Source: Escherichia coli (GTDB lineage Bacteria; Pseudomonadota; Gammaproteobacteria; Enterobacterales; Enterobacteriaceae). Taken from it: 64,000 bases of DNA. Where the stretch lies: the NCBI RefSeq assembly GCF_044324785.1, contig NZ_CP172127.1; one strand, given 5' to 3'. The notes beneath the pieces were generated by a model. The model did no database searches. It was not told the DNA's origin and worked only from the letters and a program-made list of their open reading frames with translations. The position numbers were made by a program, and so were the translations under genes. This document shows positions 19,576 to 30,992 of this stretch, piece after piece (position 1 is the first letter of the stretch; every line of letters begins with the position of its first letter).

Positions 19576-19591
19576 CTGGGTATATATACAG
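19576..19591 (-). promoter_or_regulatory. LexA operator (SOS box) of uvrD
   Basis: Minus-strand CTGTATATATACCCAG fits CTG-N10-CAG with a TA-rich core, ~60 bp upstream of the uvrD start. Confidence 0.8.
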
Positions 19592-19600
19592 ATTTGCTGA

Positions 19601-20317
19601 TTATATCAGCGAGGTCAGAGATGCCAACCGGGAAATTTCCAGATGCGGGAGTAAACGGCTGTCCCAGGTTTGCATCAGATCGCCATTTTCCGGTCTGATC
19701 CAACAGGCCTGCATTCCGCTGCGAATTGCCCCACCCACGTCAGTGGTGAGATCGTCCCCGACATGTAAGATCTCGCCGATCGGCACGTTGAGTTTTTCCG
19801 CCGCCAGGAAGTACATATCGCTGAACGGTTTTGAGCGCCCGTGCGGGCCAGCGCGCAACACAAACTCAAAATAATCCCCTAAACCAAACAGCTCCGGCTG
19901 GGCGTTACCGTTGGTGATCGCCACCAGCGGCCATTTCTTCGCCAGCTGTTTTAAGGTGTCGTGGGTTTGCTGCGGGACCTCGATCCGGCTGCGCCATTTG
20001 GCAAAGTTGATCATTGCTGCATGTGCGCCTGCACTGGCTTCTTCGGCACTCAACCCGGCGTCGAGCATCGCTTGTTCAATCGAACGAAAACGCCAGCGCG
20101 TCACGTCGTGATAAATCTCGGGTTCCGCTTCCCGTACCGCCTGGCGCAGGCGTTGCAGATCTTCATTCTGGAAGCTGCGCAGCGCCGGATGGTAATTTTG
20201 CACAAAGGTAAGCGCCTCTCGCTCGGTGCGCAAAATCACCGGACGGTTATCGTAAAGGGTATCATCCAGGTCAAAGGTGAGCGCCGAGATGCGCCCCAAA
20301 GGCCGGTAAAAACGCAT
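19601..20317 (-). CDS. yigB: HAD-family phosphatase (FMN/5-amino-6-ribitylamino-uracil phosphate phosphatase)
   Basis: 238-aa ORF with HAD motif ([10 protein letters not shown]); last gene of the lptM-dapF-yigA-xerC-yigB operon. Confidence 0.88.
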   Translation of the reverse strand: MRFYRPLGRISALTFDLDDTLYDNRPVILRTEREALTFVQNYHPALRSFQNEDLQRLRQAVREAEPEIYHDVTRWRFRSIEQAMLDAGLSAEEASAGAHAAMINFAKWRSRIEVPQQTHDTLKQLAKKWPLVAITNGNAQPELFGLGDYFEFVLRAGPHGRSKPFSDMYFLAAEKLNVPIGEILHVGDDLTTDVGGAIRSGMQACWIRPENGDLMQTWDSRLLPHLEISRLASLTSLI

Positions 20318-21213
20318 TATTTCCCCCGTTTGGCGCGTGGATGCGCCGCATCGTACACCGAGGCAAGGTGTTGAAAATCAAGATGAGTATAGATTTGCGT
20401 GGTGGAGAGGTTGGCATGACCCAGCAGCTCCTGCACACCACGAAGATCGCCGCTCGACTCCAGCATATGCGTGGCGAACGAGTGACGTAATTTATGCGGG
20501 TGAACGTGATTATTCAGCCCTTGTTTTATGCCCCATTCGGCAAAGCGTTTCTGCACATTACGCGCGGAGATACGCTTGCCCAGTTTCGACAGAAAAAGCG
20601 CGTCGTCTTCGCTACCAAACAGGTCGCGCAAATCAAGCCAGTGCTCAATCCACGCCACAGCGTTGCGACCAATCGGCAGGCGGCGCTCTTTGCTGCCTTT
20701 CCCCATCACCCACACTTCGCCGGACTCCAGGTCGAGGTGTTTGATATCGAGCCCCACCAGTTCGGAAAGACGTAGACCCGCGCCGTACATCACTTCCAGC
20801 ATTGCCCGATCGCGCACGGCGAGGGGATCGTTGATATCAATATCCAGCAGCCGATTCATATCATCGACGTCGATGTTTTTCGGCAGATGACGCGGCGCTT
20901 TCGGTGCCGAAACACCTTTCGCCGGGTTGGCTTTGAGTTCGTTCTGGCTGACCAGCCAGTCAAAAAAGCTACGTAGCGCAGAAAGCCGTAACGCCAGACT
21001 TGCAGCTCCCAGCCCTTTACGGCGACTGCGTACAGCGAAATTGCGCACCATCGTCACATCACATTGCTGCCAGCTTTGCAGGCCGTTTTCACTGGCAAAA
21101 TTGATGATCGCCTCAAGCTGACGCTGATAGTTAAGCAGGGTTATCGGGCTAAGCTGACGCTCCACGCTCAGATAACGTAGGTAGCGTTCTACATCGGTGT
21201 GTAAATCGGTCAT
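20317..21213 (-). CDS. xerC: Tyrosine site-specific recombinase XerC
   Basis: 298-aa [36 protein letters not shown]... with C-terminal R..H..R..Y catalytic signature ([12 protein letters not shown]...TQIYTH). Confidence 0.93.
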
Positions 21214-21917
21214 ACGCGTTCAATCCAACGCTCCAGAAGCTCCGGCAACATCAGCGCAATTTCATGAAGTAACTGCGTTCCCTGCCCTTGTTGATAGTGA
21301 CTGGCATCGCGACTGGTAAACAGCACGACACCCAAATCAGCATCGCTTCCCAGCATCGACATCGCCACCGATCCCACCGCTTTCGCTTCCGGTAGCACCA
21401 CCAGAAGCTCCGGTCCGTTAAGCGGCCCCAGATAGTGCTGTTCCTGCCCCAGACGCTGAATACGCAGCGGTTCGAAAGACTGACGGCTTAATGCCAGATG
21501 AGTGTGGTTCGACGGCGCACCTAAGCGCCAGCGATCTGGAAACAGCCGCAAACTCGCCCCTGCCAGGCCGAGATCGCGCGCCCAGCGGTGAAAGCGCATC
21601 AGCATATCATCGAGACTGCTGGCGGCGGTGAGACTACGCTGCAAGTAGAGTAAGCGATAAAACAGGCCTTCGTTGGCGATAGCCTGTTCCATCAACAGCG
21701 CCATGTTCTCTTCCAGAACATGAATATGATTACGTGCGCGGGCCATGTGCCATTCGACCAACGAAACGGTGCCGCGTACCGGATGCGGCACACGTATCGC
21801 TTCAACTGCGCGCGCATTGCGGATAAAAAACTCAGGATTTTTAATCAGATAATCGACAACCGCCCGGTCATCAAGCTCCGTGAGTGTTTCCTGCAGTTCT
21901 TCCCCTGGTTGCTTCAT
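21210..21917 (-). CDS. yigA: DUF484-family protein
   Basis: 235-aa ORF between dapF and xerC with start/stop codon overlaps on both sides. Confidence 0.85.
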
Positions 21918-22738
21918 AGATGAATAAATCCGTCGTAGACATGTACCGCCGGGCCAGTCATATATAACGGGTGACCCGGACCTTTCCAGGCGATATCAAG
22001 ACGACCGCCGGGGAGATCCACGCGTACTTCTTCGGCCAGCAAACCTTGCTGGATCCCTACCGCCACCGCCGCACATGCGCCGCTGCCGCAGGCCTGGGTT
22101 TCTCCTGCCCCACGCTCATAAACGCGTAAACGAATATGCTCGCGCTTAACCACTTGCATAAAACCGATATTGGCGCGCTCCGGAAAACGCTCGTGGCTTT
22201 CCAGAACAGGACCAAGCGTTTCTACCGCCGCGGTATCGACATCATCGACCTGAATCACGCAGTGCGGATTTCCCATCGACACCACGCCGCATAAGATTGT
22301 CTGCTCGGCGGCGCGCATAATATAGGTCTTTTCCGCTTTGTTAGCGCGAAACGGCACGGCAGAAGGTTCGAAGTTGGGTTCGCCCATATTTACGCGGACC
22401 AGATCATCATCGGTGACGGTAAGAACCATCCGCCCGTTGGCGGTGCTGACGCGGATATCGCGCTTATTAGTCAGCCCTTTCAGACGCACAAAACGGGCAA
22501 AGCAGCGTGCGCCGTTGCCGCACTGCGCCACTTCACTGCCATCAGCATTGAAAATGCGATAGTGAAAATCCAGTTCAGGATCATACGGCGGCTCAACCAC
22601 CAGCAGTTGGTCAAACCCTACCCCCAGGTGCCGATCAGCCAGGCGACGAATCAGCTCCGGTGAAAAAAAGACATTCTGCGTTACCGCGTCGACGACCATA
22701 AAATCGTTGCCAAGGCCATGCATTTTCGAGAACTGCAT
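21914..22738 (-). CDS. dapF: Diaminopimelate epimerase
   Basis: [33 protein letters not shown]...; 274 aa. Confidence 0.93.
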   Translation of the reverse strand: MQFSKMHGLGNDFMVVDAVTQNVFFSPELIRRLADRHLGVGFDQLLVVEPPYDPELDFHYRIFNADGSEVAQCGNGARCFARFVRLKGLTNKRDIRVSTANGRMVLTVTDDDLVRVNMGEPNFEPSAVPFRANKAEKTYIMRAAEQTILCGVVSMGNPHCVIQVDDVDTAAVETLGPVLESHERFPERANIGFMQVVKREHIRLRVYERGAGETQACGSGACAAVAVGIQQGLLAEEVRVDLPGGRLDIAWKGPGHPLYMTGPAVHVYDGFIHL

Positions 22739-22774
22739 CATTTACTCCAATCACGCGGGTACAGAAACTGACTT

Positions 22775-22978
22775 TTAGTAATTCACCTGGGATGGACCAT
22801 CGCCAGTGGCGCGGTCGTTTTTATCCGGCAACGTGGATTGCGTTTGCGTCTCTACCGGTTTGGTCGGCGGCGGTGTGTTTTTATCTGCAGGCGGGAAATA
22901 GAGCGGACCTTTCAGACCGCAGCCCGTCAGGCTGAAGAGAGTAAGTAATACAGTGAGTGCCTTAAACACGTTTTTCAT
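22775..22978 (-). CDS. lptM: Small lipoprotein LptM (YifL)
   Basis: 67-aa ORF MKNVFKALTVLLTLFSLTGCGLKGPLYFPPADK... with lipobox LTGC. Confidence 0.88.
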   Translation of the reverse strand: MKNVFKALTVLLTLFSLTGCGLKGPLYFPPADKNTPPPTKPVETQTQSTLPDKNDRATGDGPSQVNY

Positions 22979-23136
22979 TATGGATTGCCTGTAAAGTTCA
23001 TCGCTTTCTGCTTTCTATCATCGCAGGAGAAGGCGTAAAAGCAAGCGTTTAGCGACTCTTTATGAAGTCTGAAAAGTGAGGAAATGCTGCGAGTATAACG
23101 CTTACTCGTGGGGATTTATGTTTTGCTGGTAGTTTC

Positions 23137-24645
23137 GTGATCGGCACCTCGCGCCAGGATGGCTTTATGCACTATCGCAATGTGGTTTGTTTGTTGTCTT
23201 GTTCGTTGTTTTTATCGTCGGCATGGGGATGTCGGCTTTCCGCGCCTGAACATAATATTTACCAGAAACAGGGAAAAGGCGTGGTATACCTGCGCCCTTA
23301 TAAAGAAACAAATCTTTCTCTTCCTGACGTGAATTACAAAAGTTTGCGTCGGTTACCCAATTTATTAATAGACCCGACAACACTAGACGAATGGGATAAA
23401 GAACCGCCTCTGACTGATTTGACAACCGACTACCTCTATGAAGGCGCACAGGCCTGGTATCCTCATTACTCCTGGCATAGCGATGGTCGCTATATCCTTT
23501 ACGCGGGTGAAGTTGTGCAAAACCCGCCAGACAAACCTCCCGTCGATGTCGCCTCGTTCAAGGCGTGGGGTGATTTTGCCGCAGATAAACACAGTCTCTA
23601 TTTCGAAGGCAAGCGCACCGATAACAATGGCGGGGGAAATAGCTTAGATATCAAAACACTGCATCAGGTGGAATTCCGGCCTCCCTGGAAACCTGACTTA
23701 CTGGGGCTGATATTACGTGACGCTAATTTCTTATATATCAATGGGCATCGCCTCGCTGACCCCGAGAGTTTCCGTGTGCTGGCGCAGAAGTCCTGGGATC
23801 AGCGAGGAAAGTTTTCTACCGCGTTTAATCCCTGTGTGGCTATGCCATTTGGCCCCTGGGATACCCTGGCTCGTACACGGACCAAAATCCTGATCAACGG
23901 CGAACAGCTTGATGCCGACCCGGACACCTTTTCCGTCGTGCGCTGGATGCCCGGCTCACTCTTGACCTGGCGTGATAAAAACGGGCTACAGCGTAAAGTC
24001 CTCGACAAGGAAAATCTGGCGTGGGATGAAGATTTAACAAAGCACTGTCTGGATTTTTCTCTGCTGGAAAAGAAAGTGTTCTGGCGTAAAGGGCCTGACT
24101 GTAAACAGGAAGAGTTACCGGGGCTCGATCCTGAACAGTTCCACCCCATCAGTGATGCTGTCGCCCAGTATCAGGATTCGCTTTATACCATCATCGAAAC
24201 AGAGTCTGGTGACCGCAAGCTGGAGATCGTGAAACTTGATGATCCCAATCTTATTATCAACAAACGTTTCAACGCCGGGAAACGCCACGGCTATTTACTT
24301 ACGCGTGCCGAAGGGTGGCCATACCATTCCGGTTTACACGTGTTTGAATCTGACGGACCGCTGATCTTACTGGATAACCGCTCTCCGGATGAACGCGAAG
24401 CCCATCTTAATGACCATCCCTTTTTGCGCAGATGGTATGCCCGCGATAACCGCTACATTTACAGCTTTGATGGCGCGCAGCTCTGGCGATACCGCATCGC
24501 TGATCCGAAACAAGTTCGCTTAATCTGGAAGGAACAACATTCGGGATATGGCTATGGCGTAAATTACAAAACGGGATATCTGGACGGAAAAATTACTGAT
24601 GACGGCGAATTTATTCCTGCCCCGCGCAATGAGGCGACAAAATGA
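23137..24645 (+). CDS. Secreted repeat protein (DKNYY-like repeats), first of a tandem paralogue pair
   Basis: 502-aa ORF (an alternative start at 23167, MHYRNVVCLLSCSLFLSSAWGC..., gives a signal-like N-terminus); recurring motifs DKHSLYFEGKR, DANFLYINGHRL, DNRYIYSFDG; collinear similarity to the downstream ORF. Confidence 0.65.
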   Translation: MIGTSRQDGFMHYRNVVCLLSCSLFLSSAWGCRLSAPEHNIYQKQGKGVVYLRPYKETNLSLPDVNYKSLRRLPNLLIDPTTLDEWDKEPPLTDLTTDYLYEGAQAWYPHYSWHSDGRYILYAGEVVQNPPDKPPVDVASFKAWGDFAADKHSLYFEGKRTDNNGGGNSLDIKTLHQVEFRPPWKPDLLGLILRDANFLYINGHRLADPESFRVLAQKSWDQRGKFSTAFNPCVAMPFGPWDTLARTRTKILINGEQLDADPDTFSVVRWMPGSLLTWRDKNGLQRKVLDKENLAWDEDLTKHCLDFSLLEKKVFWRKGPDCKQEELPGLDPEQFHPISDAVAQYQDSLYTIIETESGDRKLEIVKLDDPNLIINKRFNAGKRHGYLLTRAEGWPYHSGLHVFESDGPLILLDNRSPDEREAHLNDHPFLRRWYARDNRYIYSFDGAQLWRYRIADPKQVRLIWKEQHSGYGYGVNYKTGYLDGKITDDGEFIPAPRNEATK

Positions 24646-25952
24646 AGGGTCAAATAATCACAGTTGCACTCATCCTGTTGGGGCACACATTTCTGACACC
24701 TGCTGTACAGGCCATAGAGTTCGACTATTACAATGATCACGGTGTCATGTCTTACGGTAAAGGTTATTGGGGGGATAAGAAAATCATTGCCCAATTTCCG
24801 AAGATGAACAGGGCCGATTTGCGCCTTGTGAAAAATATATCCGGGGAGACGGATTATATACCTTCCGATGAAATGAGCATAAAAAATGAGGAATACCACT
24901 GGGTGACAGACGGCCACGTTATTCTCTGGCGTGGCAAAATCGTTAGCAATCCACCGGGAACACCCACTGTCGATATTGCCAGCTTTCAGGCTATGGGCCG
25001 CTTCGCGGTCGATAAATATAGCCTCTATTTTGACGGACAGCGCACCGAAAGTAATAGCGGCGCGTCACGTGTTGATCTGGCGACACTAAAAGCTATCGAA
25101 GGTAACTCTACCACGCTGGTGGATAGTAAAAATCTCTACTTGTCCGGTAGACGTCAGGGGAGCAGCAGTAATGTTACTGTATTAGAAAAAAGATGGTGGG
25201 GTATTAATCCACGTCTTATGAGTGTAAACAGAAATTTGTATTCCAATGATCTGCTTATCCGCAGTGGGCAGAATATTTATTTAAATGGCGTTCACCTTAC
25301 GGCGAATGCAGACTCATTTGAGATAATTCGCTGGATACCTCATTCACTGCTGGTTTTTCGCGATAATAAGGGTATGCATCGTTATCCCTTTGGGCAATTG
25401 TCTGGCAAAGCGATACCCGTAGATGATGACGTCTCTTTTGAAGTAGGAGAAAGTCGCGTTCGCTGGCGTAAACAGCTCACGCCCGACCGTCAGTGGAGCA
25501 AGTGGATAGACCTACCAGGTATTGAACCTGAACAATTCCATCTGATTACTGGCAATATTGCGCAATATAAAGATCGGTTGTATGTAACAAAATTATCGAC
25601 ATTTGGTGAAGACCAGCTTGAGATAATCCCGCTGGATACGCCAGACCTGGTCATTGATCGCTCATTTAATAGCGGCAAACAGCATGCTTATTTTATCCGC
25701 CAATTACGGTCAAAGAGCGTGCAAATTATTCCAGTTAACGGTCCGCTAACTAAAAACGATCGCTTCGCTTATGACGATCGCAATGTTTATACATGGACCG
25801 ATACAGAGGTAAGGATTACGCCCTCCCCCTGCCCGGCGAAAACACGCGTCAGAGAAGAGAATGTGCGTGAACTTCACAACAGAGACATTATTATTCCGTT
25901 GACGGATGAATCATGCCAGAACGCAGCAGACGAGCAAACTTTGAAGCCCTGA
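24642..25952 (+). CDS. Secreted repeat protein (DKNYY-like repeats), second of the tandem paralogue pair
   Basis: 436-aa ORF with signal peptide MKGQIITVALILLGHTFLTPAVQA; start overlaps the upstream stop (ATGA); motifs DKYSLYFDGQR, DSKNLYLSGRR, QNIYLNGVHL, DRNVYTW. Confidence 0.65.
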   Translation: MKGQIITVALILLGHTFLTPAVQAIEFDYYNDHGVMSYGKGYWGDKKIIAQFPKMNRADLRLVKNISGETDYIPSDEMSIKNEEYHWVTDGHVILWRGKIVSNPPGTPTVDIASFQAMGRFAVDKYSLYFDGQRTESNSGASRVDLATLKAIEGNSTTLVDSKNLYLSGRRQGSSSNVTVLEKRWWGINPRLMSVNRNLYSNDLLIRSGQNIYLNGVHLTANADSFEIIRWIPHSLLVFRDNKGMHRYPFGQLSGKAIPVDDDVSFEVGESRVRWRKQLTPDRQWSKWIDLPGIEPEQFHLITGNIAQYKDRLYVTKLSTFGEDQLEIIPLDTPDLVIDRSFNSGKQHAYFIRQLRSKSVQIIPVNGPLTKNDRFAYDDRNVYTWTDTEVRITPSPCPAKTRVREENVRELHNRDIIIPLTDESCQNAADEQTLKP

Positions 25953-25999
25953 CCCCATGCCGCTATACTGCCGCCATCACTTAAAAACAGGATACAACA

Positions 26000-26320
26000 A
26001 TGAACGACAGTGAATTTCATCGCCTGGCTGATCAACTCTGGCTGACCATTGAAGAGCATCTGGACGACTGGGATGGCGATAGCGATATCGACTGCGAAAT
26101 CAACGGCGGCGTACTGACCATTACCTTTGAGAACGGTAGCAAAATCATTATCAACCGTCAGGAACCGCTGCACCAGGTGTGGCTGGCAACCAGGCAGGGC
26201 GGCTACCATTTCGACCTGAAAGGCGATGAGTGGATTTGCGATCGCAGCGGCGAAACCTTCTGGGATTTGCTGGAACAGGCGGCGACGCAGCAGGCGGGTG
26301 AAACAGTCAGTTTCCGCTAA
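26000..26320 (+). CDS. cyaY: Frataxin homologue CyaY
   Basis: 106-aa [59 protein letters not shown]... Confidence 0.93.
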   Translation: MNDSEFHRLADQLWLTIEEHLDDWDGDSDIDCEINGGVLTITFENGSKIIINRQEPLHQVWLATRQGGYHFDLKGDEWICDRSGETFWDLLEQAATQQAGETVSFR

Positions 26321-26359
26321 TATTGCATGCCGGATAAGCTTCGCTTTCCGGCACGCTCA

Positions 26360-28906
26360 TCACGAAAAATACTGCTGTAATAGCGGCGTGTCGTGATCCT
26401 GATTGGCAGGCGGCATGTTGCCGATAGATTTGGTGCGGAACGGAATCACCTGTTCACGACCATCAACCTTCACAATCTGATAGAACTGCGGCAGGTTGAA
26501 GTTGATGAAGCTTGAGCCGTAGGTAAAACGGTCGTGCGATGACGAGTAGAAGCGACTGACGTCACGCACCAGCTCCTCTTTGCTGCCTTCGCAGTGGTGA
26601 TACACCTCAACCCGGTTGCTTTCGTCGAGAATGTAGATATTAAAGCCATTCTCGTCTTGCGTTTCTTCGAAGAAGAACTGGATGATCCCTTCGCTGGCAA
26701 AGCCGTCCACCACCGCCGGTAATTTGACGTGATTGGTTTCAACCTGCACTGACAGGCCGTGCAGTTTGTTATGCGAAATAGCGCCATAAAACTCGATGGC
26801 GTTTTCCAGTTTCTGTACCGATACATTCAGGCGTTCGAAGAACAAGCCCCAGGTTTGACCAGAAACGCGCAGCGCCTTGAAACGTCCGGTTTCCTGGCGG
26901 GTGCTGGAAAGACGCAATTCAATACACTCAGAAACCAGTTGCTGCACGCGAGTACGGATTAAGCCGCGCAGATGCTGGCTGTAGCAGAAGACTTCCACGC
27001 TATCTGGCGGTGCGGCGTCCTGATGCATTTTGCCGAGAATAGTTTTCAGGGCTTCGATCATCGATTGCTCGCCGTTGAAGTGCAGCGTACGCACTTCGTT
27101 CCACGAGTTGCGGTACAGCAGGTCCACGCTACCCACCAGGCAATTTTGGTTTTCGCCAAAGCTGAAGACATCCAGCTTACGGAAATCAAAATGCACCACC
27201 TGATTGCGGAACGCAGCTGTCGGGTCATATTCCAGGTTAACGATAATCGCCAGATGGCGAATTTCACACGGGCTGTAGAGCGCTTTTGGCGTCGGTGCAG
27301 GCAGGCGCAGCGGGAAATGGTGTGACACATCGGCGACCATCTCCTGCAACTTAGGCAAATCGACAATGCCGTTACCTTTAATATACAAACGGGTACGCGA
27401 GGTCAGCAGGCCGTTAAACCATGCCCACGCCACCAGTTTATTCAGGTAACGGTTATATTCCAGCGGCTGATGGCTGATGATCGACTCAATATTTGGCGCG
27501 CGGTTATACAGATACCAACCTGAACGGTTAGCCCGGCCCGGCGGCACATAAATAAAGGTCAGATTCGGTTCCGAGAGATCGGGTGAAATCTGCGGGTTTA
27601 CCAGCGTCACTTTACCCGGCAATGCTTCAAACGCGGCATACAGCTTACGCGTCAGCACGCCGATATCCTGCGGACTGGCGGAGACGCTCAGGTTATTGCG
27701 ACGCGCAAAGCGGATCAGATTGCGGTAGCTCTGCATCATCGCGTCGAGCAACTCGTTGTGCGCCTCACGCACCTGATCAATCTTCCAGTTAGCGCGGTTA
27801 TCGAGCATTGCCAGACGCGCATCGTCCCATTCCCACTCTTTCACTAACTGGGTTAGCACTTCACGACGCCAGCCTACACAGGCGCGTTCACGGCTGAGTT
27901 TTTCGCACACTTTTAAATAGAAGCAGCGACGTACTAAATCCAGACGGGTGAAATCTTCAATCGCCGTCAGGTATTCAGTAACACGCTCCAGCATCATGCA
28001 GTACGGATCGAGGCCAAACGATACAATCTCGCCGTCGTGCAAACGCTGTTTGATATCTTTCGCCAGCAGTCGTGGGTTCGGGTATTCCCAGGAATAGGCT
28101 TCCAGCAGCAGTGTTTTCAGCACCGCTTTGTATGGGGAATCGATACTCTTATAGAGCTGCCAAAGGCTGGCACCAAAGTACTCTTCAGCAGAAAGTGAGC
28201 TTAAGCCACCGAGATCCAGCCATTCATTTGGCGTCAGCACGCCCTGCGCGTAAAGCGTCATCACATAGTCATCGTAATGCTCTTCTTCGTCGCACGGCAC
28301 CATATTCCACAGAATACGCTTACCGGCGAGACGCACGGCGGTACGATAAAATTCGTCAAGCAGCAGTATATGCTGGGTGGAGCCACAATCTTCGCCCCCC
28401 AGGCTGCCGCTTTCATTATGACGGAAGCGGTTTTCATCAATCAGGAAGAAGCTAACTTCCACGCCCAGCGAGGCGGCCCAGCTTTCCAGCAGGCTGCATT
28501 TACGTTGTAGTAACTGGCGCTCTTCGCTATCAAGCCAGGATTGATGACAGACCCAGATATCAAGGTCAGAGGAACAACTTTGCCCTACGGACGAGGTGCT
28601 GCCCATGGTGTATACACCAGTAATTGGAAGCTCACCTTTCGGCGGGTCCTGTACTGACATTCCACGATACAGTTCAAGCTCGTTCAGATAGTGGCGTTGA
28701 GTTTCATCAGGCGTGTAAAGGCAAATGCCTTTGGGAACGTTACCATCAAGGTAACCCGGCATTAGCGGATGGTGATAGTGCAACAATGTCGGCAGTAGAC
28801 TGTAGACCTGTTGGAATGCAGGCCCCATAGCAGCAAGCGCGCGATCCACACGCAATTGATTTATGGCATCCAGTCTCTGTTTCAGAGTCTCAATATAGAG
28901 GTACAA
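26360..28906 (-). CDS. cyaA: Class I adenylate cyclase
   Basis: 848-aa [38 protein letters not shown]...; initiation codon is TTG (plus-strand 'caa' at 28904..28906). Confidence 0.93.
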   Translation of the reverse strand: MYLYIETLKQRLDAINQLRVDRALAAMGPAFQQVYSLLPTLLHYHHPLMPGYLDGNVPKGICLYTPDETQRHYLNELELYRGMSVQDPPKGELPITGVYTMGSTSSVGQSCSSDLDIWVCHQSWLDSEERQLLQRKCSLLESWAASLGVEVSFFLIDENRFRHNESGSLGGEDCGSTQHILLLDEFYRTAVRLAGKRILWNMVPCDEEEHYDDYVMTLYAQGVLTPNEWLDLGGLSSLSAEEYFGASLWQLYKSIDSPYKAVLKTLLLEAYSWEYPNPRLLAKDIKQRLHDGEIVSFGLDPYCMMLERVTEYLTAIEDFTRLDLVRRCFYLKVCEKLSRERACVGWRREVLTQLVKEWEWDDARLAMLDNRANWKIDQVREAHNELLDAMMQSYRNLIRFARRNNLSVSASPQDIGVLTRKLYAAFEALPGKVTLVNPQISPDLSEPNLTFIYVPPGRANRSGWYLYNRAPNIESIISHQPLEYNRYLNKLVAWAWFNGLLTSRTRLYIKGNGIVDLPKLQEMVADVSHHFPLRLPAPTPKALYSPCEIRHLAIIVNLEYDPTAAFRNQVVHFDFRKLDVFSFGENQNCLVGSVDLLYRNSWNEVRTLHFNGEQSMIEALKTILGKMHQDAAPPDSVEVFCYSQHLRGLIRTRVQQLVSECIELRLSSTRQETGRFKALRVSGQTWGLFFERLNVSVQKLENAIEFYGAISHNKLHGLSVQVETNHVKLPAVVDGFASEGIIQFFFEETQDENGFNIYILDESNRVEVYHHCEGSKEELVRDVSRFYSSSHDRFTYGSSFINFNLPQFYQIVKVDGREQVIPFRTKSIGNMPPANQDHDTPLLQQYFS

Positions 28907-29292
28907 GACGTATCGCCTGATTTGCTACCCGTCATGACTGTGATTCCGCCAACATCAACGGTAACACGCGGCATTCGGGATATTTCGTATGTCAAAGGTA
29001 ACCGTTACCACTTTTCGCGCCTGGTTTTTTTAGTTTCACGACGAAAAAATGGTCTAAAACGTGATCAATTTAACACCTTGCTGATTGACCGTAAAGAAAG
29101 ATGCGCTACATACAAGTGTAGCACCGTTTATTCTCTGTAAATTCCTTATTACGACGGCGTGAAACGCCTGTCAGGATCCACTGCCAGACCTCATTTTACG
29201 GTTTGCGCAGGCGTCTACGTTTCACCACAACACTGACATCGCTCTGGCAAGGATGTTAGGATGGACCACGGATGATAATGACGGTAACAAGC

Positions 29293-30234
29293 ATGTTAGA
29301 CAATGTTTTAAGAATTGCCACACGCCAAAGCCCACTTGCACTCTGGCAGGCACACTATGTCAAAGACAAGTTGATGGCGAGCCATCCGGGCCTGGTCGTT
29401 GAACTGGTACCGATGGTGACGCGCGGCGATGTGATTCTTGATACGCCGCTGGCGAAAGTAGGCGGAAAAGGCTTATTTGTAAAAGAGCTGGAAGTCGCGC
29501 TCCTCGAAAATCGCGCAGATATCGCCGTACATTCAATGAAAGATGTGCCGGTTGAATTCCCGCAAGGTCTGGGGCTGGTCACCATTTGCGAGCGTGAAGA
29601 TCCTCGCGATGCCTTTGTGTCCAATAACTATGACAGTCTGGATGCGTTACCGGCAGGCAGTATCGTCGGGACGTCCAGTTTACGTCGCCAGTGCCAACTG
29701 GCTGAACGCCGCCCGGATCTGATTATCCGCTCCCTGCGCGGCAACGTCGGCACTCGCCTGAGTAAACTGGATAACGGCGAATACGATGCCATCATTCTTG
29801 CCGTAGCCGGACTAAAACGTTTAGGTCTGGAGTCACGCATTCGCGCCGCGTTGCCACCCGAGATTTCTCTTCCGGCGGTAGGACAAGGTGCGGTGGGCAT
29901 TGAATGCCGCCTTGATGATACACGCACTCGCGAGCTGCTTGCCGCGCTGAATCACCACGAAACTGCACTGCGCGTTACCGCAGAACGCGCCATGAATACC
30001 CGTCTCGAAGGCGGATGTCAGGTGCCAATTGGTAGCTACGCCGAGCTTATTGATGGCGAAATCTGGCTGCGTGCGCTGGTCGGCGCGCCGGACGGTTCGC
30101 AGATTATTCGCGGTGAACGCCGCGGTGCGCCGCAAGATGCCGAACAAATGGGGATTTCGCTGGCAGAAGAGCTACTGAATAACGGCGCGCGCGAGATCCT
30201 CGCTGAAGTCTATAACGGAGACGCCCCGGCATGA
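29293..30234 (+). CDS. hemC: Porphobilinogen deaminase (hydroxymethylbilane synthase)
   Basis: Start placed at [27 protein letters not shown]... (313 aa); the ORF has 7 additional upstream in-frame codons. Confidence 0.92.
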
Positions 30235-30971
30235 GTATCCTGGTCACCCGCCCGTCTCCCGCTGGAGAAGAGTTAGTGAGCCGTCTGCGCACACTGGGGC
30301 AGGTGGCCTGGCATTTTCCGCTGATTGAGTTTTCTCCGGGTCAACAATTACCGCAACTTGCTGATCAACTGGCAGCGCTGGGGGAGAGCGATCTGTTGTT
30401 TGCCCTCTCGCAACACGCGGTTGCTTTTGCCCAATCACAGCTACATCAGCAAGATCGTAAATGGCCCCGACTACCTGATTATTTCGCCATTGGACGCACC
30501 ACCGCACTGGCACTACATACCGTAAGCGGACAGAAGATTCTCTACCCGCAGGATCGGGAAATCAGCGAAGTCTTGCTACAATTACCTGAATTACAAAATA
30601 TTGCGGGCAAACGTGCGCTGATATTACGTGGCAATGGCGGTCGTGAGCTAATTGGGGATACCCTGACGGCGCGCGGTGCTGAGGTCACTTTTTGTGAATG
30701 TTATCAACGATGCGCAATCCATTACGATGGTGCAGAAGAAGCGATGCGCTGGCAATCCCGCGAGGTGACGACGGTCGTTGTTACCAGCGGTGAAATGTTG
30801 CAGCAACTCTGGTCGCTGATCCCACAATGGTATCGTGAGCACTGGTTACTACGCTGTCGACTATTGGTCGTCAGTGAGCGTTTGGCGAAACTCGCCCGGG
30901 AACTGGGCTGGCAAGACATTAAGGTCGCCGATAACGCTGACAACGATGCGCTTTTACGGGCATTACAATAA
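30231..30971 (+). CDS. hemD: Uroporphyrinogen-III synthase
   Basis: 246-aa ORF; start overlaps the hemC stop (ATGA). Confidence 0.9.
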
Positions 30972-30992
30972 CTCTCATAACAGGAAGCCATA

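Noticed and set aside
17355-19703. Extended 782-aa uvrD ORF; similar N-terminal extensions for ilvC (to 61489), rho (to 53711), trxA (to 54400), yigL (to 4390), aslB (to 37140) and ilvY (from 61333)
   Set aside because: The upstream in-frame extensions lack the conserved N-termini; internal start codons reproduce the protein N-termini I recognise, so the shorter forms are called.
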